This document shows positions 10,701 through 19,442 of a stretch of DNA of 64,000 bases, piece after piece (within the stretch, counting starts at the first letter, position 1; each line of letters begins with the position of its first letter). Both the position numbers and the translations under genes were made by a program. The notes beneath the pieces were generated by a model. It had not been told where the DNA came from. It worked only from the letters and a program-made list of their open reading frames with translations, and did no database searches. The DNA is from a bacterium (lineage in GTDB: Bacteria > UBA8248). The stretch covers positions 992,001-1,056,000 of the forward strand of contig OZ241875.1 of assembly GCA_965203325.1 (NCBI GenBank), written 5' to 3'.

Positions 10701-11824
10701 CGGAGAATGATCGCAACTTTGATCTATTGGCAGGATTTATTGTCGGTATCTCTAAGAATCACCTAGACGTCGTAGATTGCATAAAGCAAAGGGTAGCTCA
10801 GTCGGTCTATCTCGCTCCGTCACTTCCCCTTATCTGCTGGCGATTGGGTATTTCATCATCTGATATTGGATTGACGATCAGCGCTATTGAAGCGAACTTG
10901 TTACCTCCTTGGCGATTGATGCAGTGGACGCTAGGTGGAGAGATCGCCAAGGTTCCGATCCACGAAGTTGTACCTCTGTTTGATACGATACTTAATCACA
11001 GCACGGAAGCGTATGTGGTGGGAGTGGAATTGATGGGAATGTATGTCTACGGTGAAATCGAGCGACTTGACAACCTTCGACCTCAAGTGCGGAAGGCTGC
11101 GGAAAACTTTTCCCGGTGGGTGCGCTTGCAGGGTAGAACAACGGTAAACCCCCATTTCGAGAAGATCATGAAATGGATGCTTAAGAAAGGACGGCAGGAC
11201 GACGACGCTCGCGCCACGGCCTTCGCTCTCACGAAAGGGCTGGTCAATGTTATGGATTGGAACAACGAGAGAGATATTGAACCCGTTATCCCAATGTTGC
11301 TGTCAGACTTTCCTGAGGTCACCTGGCCGCTCATCGGGCAGGCAATCGTCTCTGACAGAAAACGGGCATGGCGATTTGAGCATCTATTGGGAGATTCATC
11401 TTTGTTTGAACGGGAGAAGTCTCCTGCGATTCTGAGCCTCCCGGAAGATACCCTGTTTGCCTGGTGTCATGCTCATCCGGACTGTGCGCCGGCTTTTGCG
11501 GCAAAGATCGTTCCAGTCCTGAGAACTTACAAAACCGATGCTCCCGAGCAATTATTGCTACATCCAGTAATGGTCCGACTGCTCGACGAATTTGGTGACC
11601 GCAAGGACATGCTGCGATCAGTCTCCCTCAATATAGAGACATTCGGCTGGACGGGCTCGGTGACGAATTATTATGCGCTCTTTCAGCCCCCGCTAACAGC
11701 TTTGTGTGAACATCCAAAGCAGCAAGTACGTCGCTGGGCGCGGCGTATGCTCCACCGACTCAATGACGCGATCAAAAACGCCCGTGATGAGGATCAAGAG
11801 GAAGAGGCGCGTTGGGAAATCTAG
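7793..11824 (+). CDS. MqsA-type HTH + Mrr-like nuclease + STAND NTPase + long helical C-terminus (Avs-like defence protein)
   Basis: N-term IRAIREHLGLSQVEAGELLGGGPRAFTKYEAG (MqsA/XRE HTH); PDGGEDG...FQLK nuclease-like motif; Walker A GLSGVGKS and Walker B VVIVD; long helical tail. GAGG SD before the ATG at 7793. Confidence 0.75.
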   Translation: MAKNKNEITPEEIRAIREHLGLSQVEAGELLGGGPRAFTKYEAGTIKPSASVINLLRLLEANPAMAASLQGKKSTPMRTTTGIHPFEVTGEHIAALSAQAFPMLLRRLLHAEAQTNGLPTDGIHVASGITTPDGGEDGRITWEDGPDRTPYLPSRLCQFQLKAGKILPAKAGRDVLTTAGRVKDMVRSAVESGGHYIMLCAHPYVQKQIEERQTRIRQALRGACMTIDDQQVRFLDADQIAAWTNSHPAVAIWTKEQTQPGTVGPFRSWLHWAGRAEHERSPWVEDERLPPLQEQLCAHVTKPHGRVRVVGLSGVGKSRLVLEALDRVEEGGGFFKDIVLYADESQVDPLAIKSVVQCWVDMGVRVVVIVDRCPPESHEALVDMILRSDSRLSLITIDNELPDGTPDKTTFRVGKAPLSVIEALINQVLPDLPSEDQRRIIHFSKGFPGIAIRVGQAWAESIPVAHATDDHMVKVFVQGRSNHEPELLLKSAKLLATFGLTTIEHSNGGQLEEIATRGRGLTAADLHAAIKRLVDRGVAQRRGRLVTLQPRSIALKLAESQWREWSRDDWDRVLTGDTSPNLKISAARQLSLLNTTDVSQEVVVHICRPGGPFDDLEGIFRPGHAEVLSALAEINPEIVVRQIEHSLADVKDLSDIKGDIRWNLVWALEKIAFRSETFEDGARLLLRLAIAENEQRMGNDATSSFKALFPVLASNTEADGRMRLSFLDDVVNTDDPLERSIIVQALVAGSKTDHFHRQVGAEIHGSSPALDDWRPATNEEATDYISGCVIRLTEFARRDDESGIAARIGLGHHLRSLVSHGFIDTVETVVERVCGEASEWVEALESLGHFLEYDVSETEHEMIARIKTLMADLQPKDLESRVRFLVTEMPWDFPCGEKLDFETNDKRKAEAVNTLAVEIVEQPEILEKVLPQISRGQQRMAPLFGQSIAKATNSPLDWLERIILAVSETPENDRNFDLLAGFIVGISKNHLDVVDCIKQRVAQSVYLAPSLPLICWRLGISSSDIGLTISAIEANLLPPWRLMQWTLGGEIAKVPIHEVVPLFDTILNHSTEAYVVGVELMGMYVYGEIERLDNLRPQVRKAAENFSRWVRLQGRTTVNPHFEKIMKWMLKKGRQDDDARATAFALTKGLVNVMDWNNERDIEPVIPMLLSDFPEVTWPLIGQAIVSDRKRAWRFEHLLGDSSLFEREKSPAILSLPEDTLFAWCHAHPDCAPAFAAKIVPVLRTYKTDAPEQLLLHPVMVRLLDEFGDRKDMLRSVSLNIETFGWTGSVTNYYALFQPPLTALCEHPKQQVRRWARRMLHRLNDAIKNARDEDQEEEARWEI

Positions 11825-12340
11825 GTGCGGAGTCGTAAAAAGATGCTAGAAACATTACCGTGCTCTCATATGTCAAGGCTGCTGTATGTGTGTTGAACCC
11901 CTACTAGTCAAAAGGGAATCCATGGCTTGGTGCTGGTTTCGACCCAAACAAATAACATCGCTTCGCACATGACTGTGGAAAGAAGATTAATGAAGGGCCT
12001 GTTAACTTTCCTTTATAATTCCCAAAGAAAAATATAAAAAGAACCCATCTCAGGTCCACGTACCTGGTGAAGCCCAGTTTGCCGGGCTCGATTTTCGGAA
12101 AAATAAGCCGCGACGATAAGCGAGAGTAAACATCGCTTGCCGAATTCATGATTTCCGCGAACGAGGAGGGGATGTGGGGTTGTTGGGGTCTGTTATGAAA
12201 CGCCACCCACATTTGCGCAAATGGGCGATTGTGGCCGCGCAATTACGCCGCCATGGCCGTTTCGTGGACGGCGTGCGCTTGCTTGCACTGCAAGTATACG
12301 TTAGTTTGGAAATGTCCCGATGAGCAGGGAGGACTGGCCA

Positions 12341-12586
12341 GTGGCAAGCATCACCATCCGCAATCTTGATGACGAAGTGAGGACGCGCCTGCGCGTCCGC
12401 GCCGCCGAGCACAACCGCTCAATGGAAGAGGAGGTGCGTATCATCCTGCGCGAAGCCGTGAGCGACAAGCAGTCCGCTCCCCGGAACTTGGCGAAGTTCA
12501 CCCGCGAGTGCTTCGCGCCCCTTGGCGGCGTCGATCTTGAACTTCCCCCGCGCGGACCGATGCGCGAGCCTCCGAATTTCTCCTGA
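12341..12586 (+). CDS. FitA/StbC-like ribbon-helix-helix antitoxin
   Basis: (M)ASITIRNLDDEVRTRLRVRAAEHNRSMEEEVRIIL. GGAGG SD before the GTG at 12341. Confidence 0.9.
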   Translation: MASITIRNLDDEVRTRLRVRAAEHNRSMEEEVRIILREAVSDKQSAPRNLAKFTRECFAPLGGVDLELPPRGPMREPPNFS

Positions 12587-12596
12587 GCCGCACTCC

Positions 12597-13025
12597 ATGC
12601 TGGTGCTTGACACGAATGTGGCCTCCGAACTCATGCGGCCGGAGCCGGCTTCCGCGGTCGCGACCTGGATTGCGGAGCGGGATACGCAGGAGATGTTCCT
12701 GACGGCGGTCAGCGAAGCGGAGTTGCTCTACGGCATCGCGATCATGCCTGCCGGCAGGCGCCGGGAAAGGTTGGCAGCTACCATGAACCAGTGGCTTGAA
12801 CTCGGCTTCTCGGAGAGAATTCTGCCGTTCGACAGCGCCGCCGCCCGCGCCTATGCCGAGATTGCTGCCGACCGCCGCCTCACAGGACGGCCGATCGGCG
12901 AGGCGGACTGCCAGATCGCCGCTATATCACGCTCGCGCGCCGCCATCCTGGTCACTCGTAACGTCCGTGATTTCGAGGGATCCGGCGTAGATGTCGTCGA
13001 TCCCTGGGCGGACGCTCGGAGTTGA
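12597..13025 (+). CDS. vapC: VapC/FitB PIN-domain toxin
   Basis: MLVLDTNVASE...SEAEL...DCQIAAI...LVTRNVRDF; directly follows the antitoxin. Confidence 0.92.
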   Translation: MLVLDTNVASELMRPEPASAVATWIAERDTQEMFLTAVSEAELLYGIAIMPAGRRRERLAATMNQWLELGFSERILPFDSAAARAYAEIAADRRLTGRPIGEADCQIAAISRSRAAILVTRNVRDFEGSGVDVVDPWADARS

Positions 13026-13102
13026 CATGTCTGAACGACAGTCCGAGACTCGGTAATGACTCTATTGAATCGCCCTGTTCGTAACAGCCCAACCGCGGCA
13101 AC

Positions 13103-16100
13103 ATGGATCCCATACGTCCCAGACCGGAAGTGATGTACGTCGAAGCCAGGAAAAGACTCGTCACGTGGCTGCGCAAACAACTCATTGGGCCATCCTCCGA
13201 AAGCAGCCTGAGAATGTCCCCGCTGGATCGGTATCCAACCGGCGTACTCCATCCCATCGACCCCGATGTGTCCGGCATCGATCCGGCCTCCACAACCCAG
13301 GAAGAAGCCGAGCCGACCCTGCTGGATGAAGAGGATGACCCTACCGACTCTGACGACGATTCGGGCGATCGGAGGCTTGGGCAACCTGTTCGACGGCGGC
13401 GATACGTTCCACCCTCTTCTGTGGGATTCTCCTTCTTCGTTCGTGGTGCGGCGCGCCTTTCAATCACGGCCTCCGCCTCGATCTACAGGAGTAATGACGA
13501 CCGCGACGAGCACGGCCGATTTCGGCCGATCGAATACGTCCGGCAGGAGCTTCCCGAAGAGCCCGTCACGTGGTGCGGCTCCACATCCGCCAGTGAGTCA
13601 CGTACCGACATCTGGGATGGCTGCGCCGGGGTCGATGTTCGGGAGCGTCCTCACAACGATGGCCAAATTCTCACCGTCACCCTGTGCAACCGGAAAGAAC
13701 TTGACCAAGACGTGGCCCCAAATCTCAAGACCCGCGACCGGGTATACAAGGCGCTCTTCGAGGCGCGGCTCGAATGCCTCATAGAGAGCGGCGAGTTGGT
13801 CGAGTATCCGCGGGTCGAGGCGAGCCTCCTTACCGAGGAGGAGCAGGAACTTGAACTTCAGTACAGAGAACAACGAATCTACGCCATTGGACACGGAGCA
13901 GCCGCCAACTGGGATGTGAGCCCGGGCCGCACAGCGCAGATCCGGTCTGAGTTCATGCCGGAAACAGAAGTGCCCATGATGACCGTCAACACCGGCGGTG
14001 ACGATGCGGTGCTCAGCCTCAAGTACCTCGCCGACACGCCCGACACCGACAAGTTGGAGCACTTCGTCAACGGCTATGCTGACTGGATAGGCGAGCAGGA
14101 GCGCATCGCCACCAAGTTTTCCGAGAAGGACCAACGACTCGCCGCAGACCGAATATGCGCAAACATGCAAGTCGCGCTGGACCGTATGCGCGAATGCATC
14201 GAGATGCTTCGCACCGATCGACTCGCGTCCGAGTCATTTCGGATTGCGAACCAGGCGATGCTGGCTCAGATGAGCCAGGCTGATCGCATTGCCGGAAAGG
14301 AGACCGATCCCGGCGCGTACCGTTGGCGGCCGTTCCAGTTGGCCTTCCTTCTGACAGTGATGGTGTCCACGATCCACGAAGACGACGAGTTTCGCGATTT
14401 CCTGGACCTGATCTGGTTTCCTACCGGCGGCGGGAAGACAGAAGCCTACCTAGGTCTGATCGCGTTTCTGATCGCGTGGCGGCGCGCGAAGTTTCCCGAT
14501 TCAGGAAGAGGAACCACCGCCTTGATGCGCTACACCTTGCGGCTGCTGACCCGCCAGCAGTTCGAACGCGCCGCCCGCATGATTTTTGCTCTGGAACTGA
14601 TTCGCCGGCGCAATTCCGAACGCTTGGGCGATGATCCCATCGACATCGGCATCTGGGTCGGCAACGAGATCAGCCCCAACCACTACGAAGAGGCGAGGGA
14701 TATCGTCGAGCAGATAAGGCAAGGAAAGTCGGATGCGCGTTATCGACTTCTGCTCGAACGTTGCCCCTGGTGCGGCAAACCGTTCGACCCTGCGCGCGGT
14801 TATCGTGCCACCGATAACGAATTCAATTTTCAATGCACCAATCGTGAATGCGCATTCGGCGAGGACGCACGCGCTCTACCGTGCAACGTCGTGGACGATG
14901 CGCTCTATGACCGACCGCCGTCGCTGCTGATTGCGACCATCGACAAGTTCGCGCGCCTAGCCTGGGAAGAGCGTACCGGCGCCTTCTTCGGCGTCGGTAA
15001 CAGGTCGCGCCCGCCAGAATTGATCATCCAGGACGAACTGCATCTGATCACCGGCCCCTTGGGTTCGGTCGCAGGGCTGTACGAGGCGGGACTCGACACC
15101 CTACTCGTCCGCCGCGGCGTCCGACCTAAGTACGTCGCGTCCACCGCAACCATCCGCATGGCGAAGGATCAAGTGAAGCGTCTCTATGCGCGCGATCTAG
15201 CCGTATTTCCTCCTCCGGGGTTGTCTCACGACGATACGTACTTCGCCCGTACCGACCTTGAACGTCCGGGTCGGCTCTATGTCGGATTCCTCGCCCCAAT
15301 GCTCAATCAACAGCACTGTCTCGGCCCGCTCGCCTCGGCGCTGCTCGCCGGCCCTGAGGCATTGTTCGACCACGACATGGACCGGGACGCACTGCTCGAT
15401 GCCTGGTGGACTCAGGTCGTATACCATGGAAGCCTCAAGGGTCTCGGGAACAGCCACAATGCATTTGTCATCGACGTCCGTGACTTCGGCCGATGGCTCG
15501 TTAACGGGCTTCAGCATGAGGATGAGCTTGATCTTGCCGCCGAAAAGGACGCATTAGCGGAGAATTCGTCCGACACCCTGCTTCGATTCAGCAATACCCG
15601 GATTGCCCAACTCACTAGCCGCCGAACGGCGCGGGAAAACGCAGAGACATTTCAACAGCTGACAATTGCGCAAGGAGACGAGGGTTGTCTCGACGCGGTT
15701 CTGGCGACCAACATGGTGTCGGTGGGCCTGGACGTCGCTCGCCTTGCCCTGATGATCGTCAACGGCCAGCCGCTGACCACCGCAGAGTACATTCAGGCCA
15801 CCAGCCGCGTCGGCCGGGCCGATGTCCCCGGTCTTGTCGTGGCCAACTATTACCGGCATCAGGCTCGCAGCCTCTCGCATTACGAGAGCTTTCGCCCCTA
15901 CCACGAATCGTTCTACCGGTTCGTGGAGCCGAGCAGTGTCACTCCTCATACCTTCCAGGTGCGGTCCCGCGCACTTCACGCCGCTCTTGTCATTGCCATT
16001 CGGCACGCTTGCACGGAACTACAGGCCAACAAGTCGGCCGGAAAGTTCAACCGGGAGTCCGAAGAGGTCAAAGCCGTCATCGTGGCATTCAAGGGACGCT

Positions 16101-16354
16101 GCAAACGCGCGGCGGCCGAGGAGGCGCAAGACAACGACATCGTTTCCCACATCGACAGCCTCGTCGGTCAGTGGCATGATGAAGCGAGACGCTGCGAGCA
16201 AGAACGTAGGGAGTTTCGTTACACGGCGTATGCCAATGAAAAAAACGCGGATCGGCTTCTCTACTCGCATGGAGAGCCGCGCCGGGGGCTTTGGGCGACA
16301 CTCAACTCGATGCGCAACGTGGAAGGCCATGGATCGTTGAGGATTCGTGATTGA
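13103..16354 (+). CDS. DISARM DrmA-like SF2 helicase
   Basis: WRPFQ, WFPTGGGKTEAYLG, RYTLRLLT, Zn-finger CPWCG..C..C, IQDELHLI, STATI, ATNMVSVGLDV, EYIQATSRVGR. Confidence 0.88.
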   Translation: MDPIRPRPEVMYVEARKRLVTWLRKQLIGPSSESSLRMSPLDRYPTGVLHPIDPDVSGIDPASTTQEEAEPTLLDEEDDPTDSDDDSGDRRLGQPVRRRRYVPPSSVGFSFFVRGAARLSITASASIYRSNDDRDEHGRFRPIEYVRQELPEEPVTWCGSTSASESRTDIWDGCAGVDVRERPHNDGQILTVTLCNRKELDQDVAPNLKTRDRVYKALFEARLECLIESGELVEYPRVEASLLTEEEQELELQYREQRIYAIGHGAAANWDVSPGRTAQIRSEFMPETEVPMMTVNTGGDDAVLSLKYLADTPDTDKLEHFVNGYADWIGEQERIATKFSEKDQRLAADRICANMQVALDRMRECIEMLRTDRLASESFRIANQAMLAQMSQADRIAGKETDPGAYRWRPFQLAFLLTVMVSTIHEDDEFRDFLDLIWFPTGGGKTEAYLGLIAFLIAWRRAKFPDSGRGTTALMRYTLRLLTRQQFERAARMIFALELIRRRNSERLGDDPIDIGIWVGNEISPNHYEEARDIVEQIRQGKSDARYRLLLERCPWCGKPFDPARGYRATDNEFNFQCTNRECAFGEDARALPCNVVDDALYDRPPSLLIATIDKFARLAWEERTGAFFGVGNRSRPPELIIQDELHLITGPLGSVAGLYEAGLDTLLVRRGVRPKYVASTATIRMAKDQVKRLYARDLAVFPPPGLSHDDTYFARTDLERPGRLYVGFLAPMLNQQHCLGPLASALLAGPEALFDHDMDRDALLDAWWTQVVYHGSLKGLGNSHNAFVIDVRDFGRWLVNGLQHEDELDLAAEKDALAENSSDTLLRFSNTRIAQLTSRRTARENAETFQQLTIAQGDEGCLDAVLATNMVSVGLDVARLALMIVNGQPLTTAEYIQATSRVGRADVPGLVVANYYRHQARSLSHYESFRPYHESFYRFVEPSSVTPHTFQVRSRALHAALVIAIRHACTELQANKSAGKFNRESEEVKAVIVAFKGRCKRAAAEEAQDNDIVSHIDSLVGQWHDEARRCEQERREFRYTAYANEKNADRLLYSHGEPRRGLWATLNSMRNVEGHGSLRIRD

Positions 16355-16422
16355 CCCCCGTGGTCACTGCCGGGCGATGGAAACCGGCACTGCAACAGTG
16401 AGCCCGGAAATGGTGCCGGCAC

Positions 16423-18282
16423 ATGACTGAAGATCATATTCCGGTTCGGCTCTCGCACCTGCTTCGCGACTGCTCGGTGGGAGCCATCGTGCGCGGTCCG
16501 GACAGCCTGATGGTGGTTCAGGACACACGCGACTGGGACCGATCGGACAGCGATCCTCTGGAGCGTGAGATCCGGTATGTGGACCGGGTGCGAAGCGCTC
16601 TGGGCATCAAGGAGAAGCTCTGCGCGCCGCCTCGAGCGGTTGAGCGTGATGGAACGGTGGCGGGATGGATTCCGGCGTTAAGGTTTCCAACCTGGATGCG
16701 TTGTCTGAGATGCGGCCTGATGCATTCGGCGCCCTGGCGGAAGCGACCGTCGAAGGGCGAAAGTGGATCGCATCCGGATATGGCCAATCCCCGGGAATCG
16801 TGGAAATGCGAAGAGTGCGAGGGCCGACTGGAGCAGACACCGTGGGTCCTCATCCACGAAGAGGGCTATCTCGCCGACGTGCCTTGGCACGACTTGGCCC
16901 ACCGAAACAGTCGCAATCCCGAACATCGTCAATGCGCTCCCGACTGGTCGAGTCCCTATTTGAAGCTGGAAGAAACAGCTCTGGGCCGTCGACTTAGCTG
17001 CAACAAATGCGGTTCGCAAATGATATTCTCCACGACCATGGTTACCCGGACAAAGTTCCCGTACCGCGTCTGGCAACAACCCTGGATTCGCGAACCGCCG
17101 GTTCAACCCCCGGAAACCGAGGCTTGGTTGGTAGAGATCAACGATGTGCGCGTGCACTATCCCGTGACGCGCACCGCACTTGTCATTCCGCCGGAGTCGC
17201 GTATCCGGCAGGGAACGGTGACGGACCGTCTCCACAACAGCACCCGGGGCCAAGAAAGAGTCCGGAGAGCAAGAAATTCATTGGCACGCAAGGCAGCCGT
17301 CAAGCAACTCGCCAACGACTTTCGGTGCACTAATGAGGAAATCGAGCAAGCCATCCGGGACATCGATGAAGGCTATCCACTATACGGCCGATCGATCACC
17401 GATACCGATCTCTTGGCCGACGAATACGGTGCGCTCACCGGGGAAATCCCCGATCTCAGGGAAGACGAAGACTTCGTCACCAAACACCATACGCGCGCTT
17501 GGCGGCGACTCGGGCGGACTTTTGGCAGCGGCGGCATCGCACGACGCGTCATCAGTGCCGTTTCCGGCCTTGTGGCCGTCAACAGGTTGAAGGAAATTAT
17601 GGCGCTCATCGGTTTCCGGCGCGCCGGAGGGGACAAGACGACGACGCCCGACATCACCGGCGAGACGGGCTGGCTTCCAGCACTCGAGCTGCATGGCGAA
17701 GGCATCTTCTTCACCCTCGATGAAGACATGTTGCGGCGCTGGGAAGACAGCGACGCGATTCGTGCACGGGCGGACGCTTTCTCCAGGCGATACTTGAAGC
17801 GGACCGGGCCGGATTCCCCCGGGAGAGACGTTGAAGTCTCGCCGCGTTTCCTGTTCTGCCACACGCTTGCCCATCTCATGATCCGCGAACTCGATGCCAG
17901 GGCCGGATATCCTGCCGCCTCGCTCAAGGAACGCATCTACTGCGCCACCGGAGATGAGCCGATGGCTGGGATACTGATCTATGTAGCTGTTCCGGACGAG
18001 GAGGGCTCGCTCGGCGGCCTGATGGAGCTCGCCAAGCCGCATCGTTTCCTGCGTCTCTTGACCAGAGCATTCGAAGCCGCGGCCTGGTGCTCACTGGATC
18101 CGGTATGTTGTGAGCAGGAAGGGCACGGACCGGATCTGCTGAACCGCGCCGCCTGCCATGCCTGCGTCTTGGTACCCGAGACGAGTTGTGACCATGAGAA
18201 TGTTCTCCTCGATCGGGTTTTCGTTAACGGCGCAGGAAAGGACATTCCGGCGTTTCTGGATTTTGCTGGGACGTTCGACTGA
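16423..18282 (+). CDS. DISARM DrmB-like DUF1998 (MrfA-like Zn-binding) protein
   Basis: Several CxxC pairs; HTLAHLMI, YPAASLKERIY, EGSLGGL, CSLDPVC...ACHAC...SC; follows the drmA-like gene. Confidence 0.88.
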   Translation: MTEDHIPVRLSHLLRDCSVGAIVRGPDSLMVVQDTRDWDRSDSDPLEREIRYVDRVRSALGIKEKLCAPPRAVERDGTVAGWIPALRFPTWMRCLRCGLMHSAPWRKRPSKGESGSHPDMANPRESWKCEECEGRLEQTPWVLIHEEGYLADVPWHDLAHRNSRNPEHRQCAPDWSSPYLKLEETALGRRLSCNKCGSQMIFSTTMVTRTKFPYRVWQQPWIREPPVQPPETEAWLVEINDVRVHYPVTRTALVIPPESRIRQGTVTDRLHNSTRGQERVRRARNSLARKAAVKQLANDFRCTNEEIEQAIRDIDEGYPLYGRSITDTDLLADEYGALTGEIPDLREDEDFVTKHHTRAWRRLGRTFGSGGIARRVISAVSGLVAVNRLKEIMALIGFRRAGGDKTTTPDITGETGWLPALELHGEGIFFTLDEDMLRRWEDSDAIRARADAFSRRYLKRTGPDSPGRDVEVSPRFLFCHTLAHLMIRELDARAGYPAASLKERIYCATGDEPMAGILIYVAVPDEEGSLGGLMELAKPHRFLRLLTRAFEAAAWCSLDPVCCEQEGHGPDLLNRAACHACVLVPETSCDHENVLLDRVFVNGAGKDIPAFLDFAGTFD

Positions 18283-19442
18283 TGTCCAAACGCAAGTTCG
18301 AACTCCCGGGCATTCAGGATCTCAGCAAGGAGCAGGAAGCGGCGCGCGCCCTGCCCAAGGATGGCCGGCATCTTATCGTGGGTGGTCCGGGAACGGGGAA
18401 GTCCGTTCTTGCGCTGATTCGTGCGCGCCGTCATCAACGGGATCGGGACGACTACCTGTTTCTGGTCTTCAACCATCTCCTGAACCGCGCGAGCGGTCAG
18501 TTGTTCGGCAGCGATCTCGTCGCCAGAACCTGGATTGAGTGGTTTTTGGAAACTTTCCAGTCGATCACGGGCCGAGCCACTCCGCGGCTTCCAGGAAACA
18601 ACGGCTTTAGAGATATCGATTGGGATGCCGTCAAGCACATAGTTGATAGGTTGCCCAACATCGATGTTCGCCCCTTGCCGTTCCTCGTCATCGACGAGGG
18701 CCAGGACATGCCACCAGACTTTTACAATACCTTGGTCAGCCTCGACTTCGAGCGCTTCTTTGTGGTCGCCGATCAAAACCAGCAGATCAAGGAGGCGAAC
18801 AGCAGCCGCAGGGAGATACAGGATTGCCTGGTCATCGAGACGGGGGATGTGATCGAGCTTCACCACAACTACCGGAATGACTACCAGGTCGCGAAACTGG
18901 CGAACGCCTTCTACACCGGCGACCCGGCCAGCCCACCTCCCGAACTCCCACCTTCCGCGCCCGGACCTGAACCGATCCTCTACGACTACGATCAGGACAG
19001 GCTGGAGGTAGCCGTGCGAGCCATCCTGCTCCTCGCCGACCGCGACCCGCGACAGCTCATTGGTGTCATCGCACCGAATAACCAGGTCAGGGAGCGGTAT
19101 TTCGAAGCGCTCCGATCCGCGGAGGTGAAGCTCGACAACCCACCGCCCGCAATCGTTACCTACCATGGTCAGAACCGTACAGAGGTGGCATTCGACGAAG
19201 GCGGCGTCCTCGTCATCAATGCGCAGGCATGCAAGGGGCTTGAGTTCGATACCGTCGTGCTGGCCGACATCGACGAGCATTATATCCCCCGCGCCGATCC
19301 GGACGTGGCGAGGCGCCTTTTCTATGTCATGGTCGCGAGAGCGAGGGAGAGGGTGTTCATGTTCATGAAGCGCAACGGGCGCAAGGAGATTGAGCGCATC
19401 CTGCCCGCCGACCCCAACCTCCTCCGACGGGAGGGGATGTGA
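18282..19442 (+). CDS. Compact UvrD-like SF1 helicase/ATPase
   Basis: GGPGTGKS, VIDEGQD, DQNQQI, NYRN, KGLEFD, FYVMVARAR. TGATG overlap with the upstream gene. Confidence 0.85.
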   Translation: MSKRKFELPGIQDLSKEQEAARALPKDGRHLIVGGPGTGKSVLALIRARRHQRDRDDYLFLVFNHLLNRASGQLFGSDLVARTWIEWFLETFQSITGRATPRLPGNNGFRDIDWDAVKHIVDRLPNIDVRPLPFLVIDEGQDMPPDFYNTLVSLDFERFFVVADQNQQIKEANSSRREIQDCLVIETGDVIELHHNYRNDYQVAKLANAFYTGDPASPPPELPPSAPGPEPILYDYDQDRLEVAVRAILLLADRDPRQLIGVIAPNNQVRERYFEALRSAEVKLDNPPPAIVTYHGQNRTEVAFDEGGVLVINAQACKGLEFDTVVLADIDEHYIPRADPDVARRLFYVMVARARERVFMFMKRNGRKEIERILPADPNLLRREGM

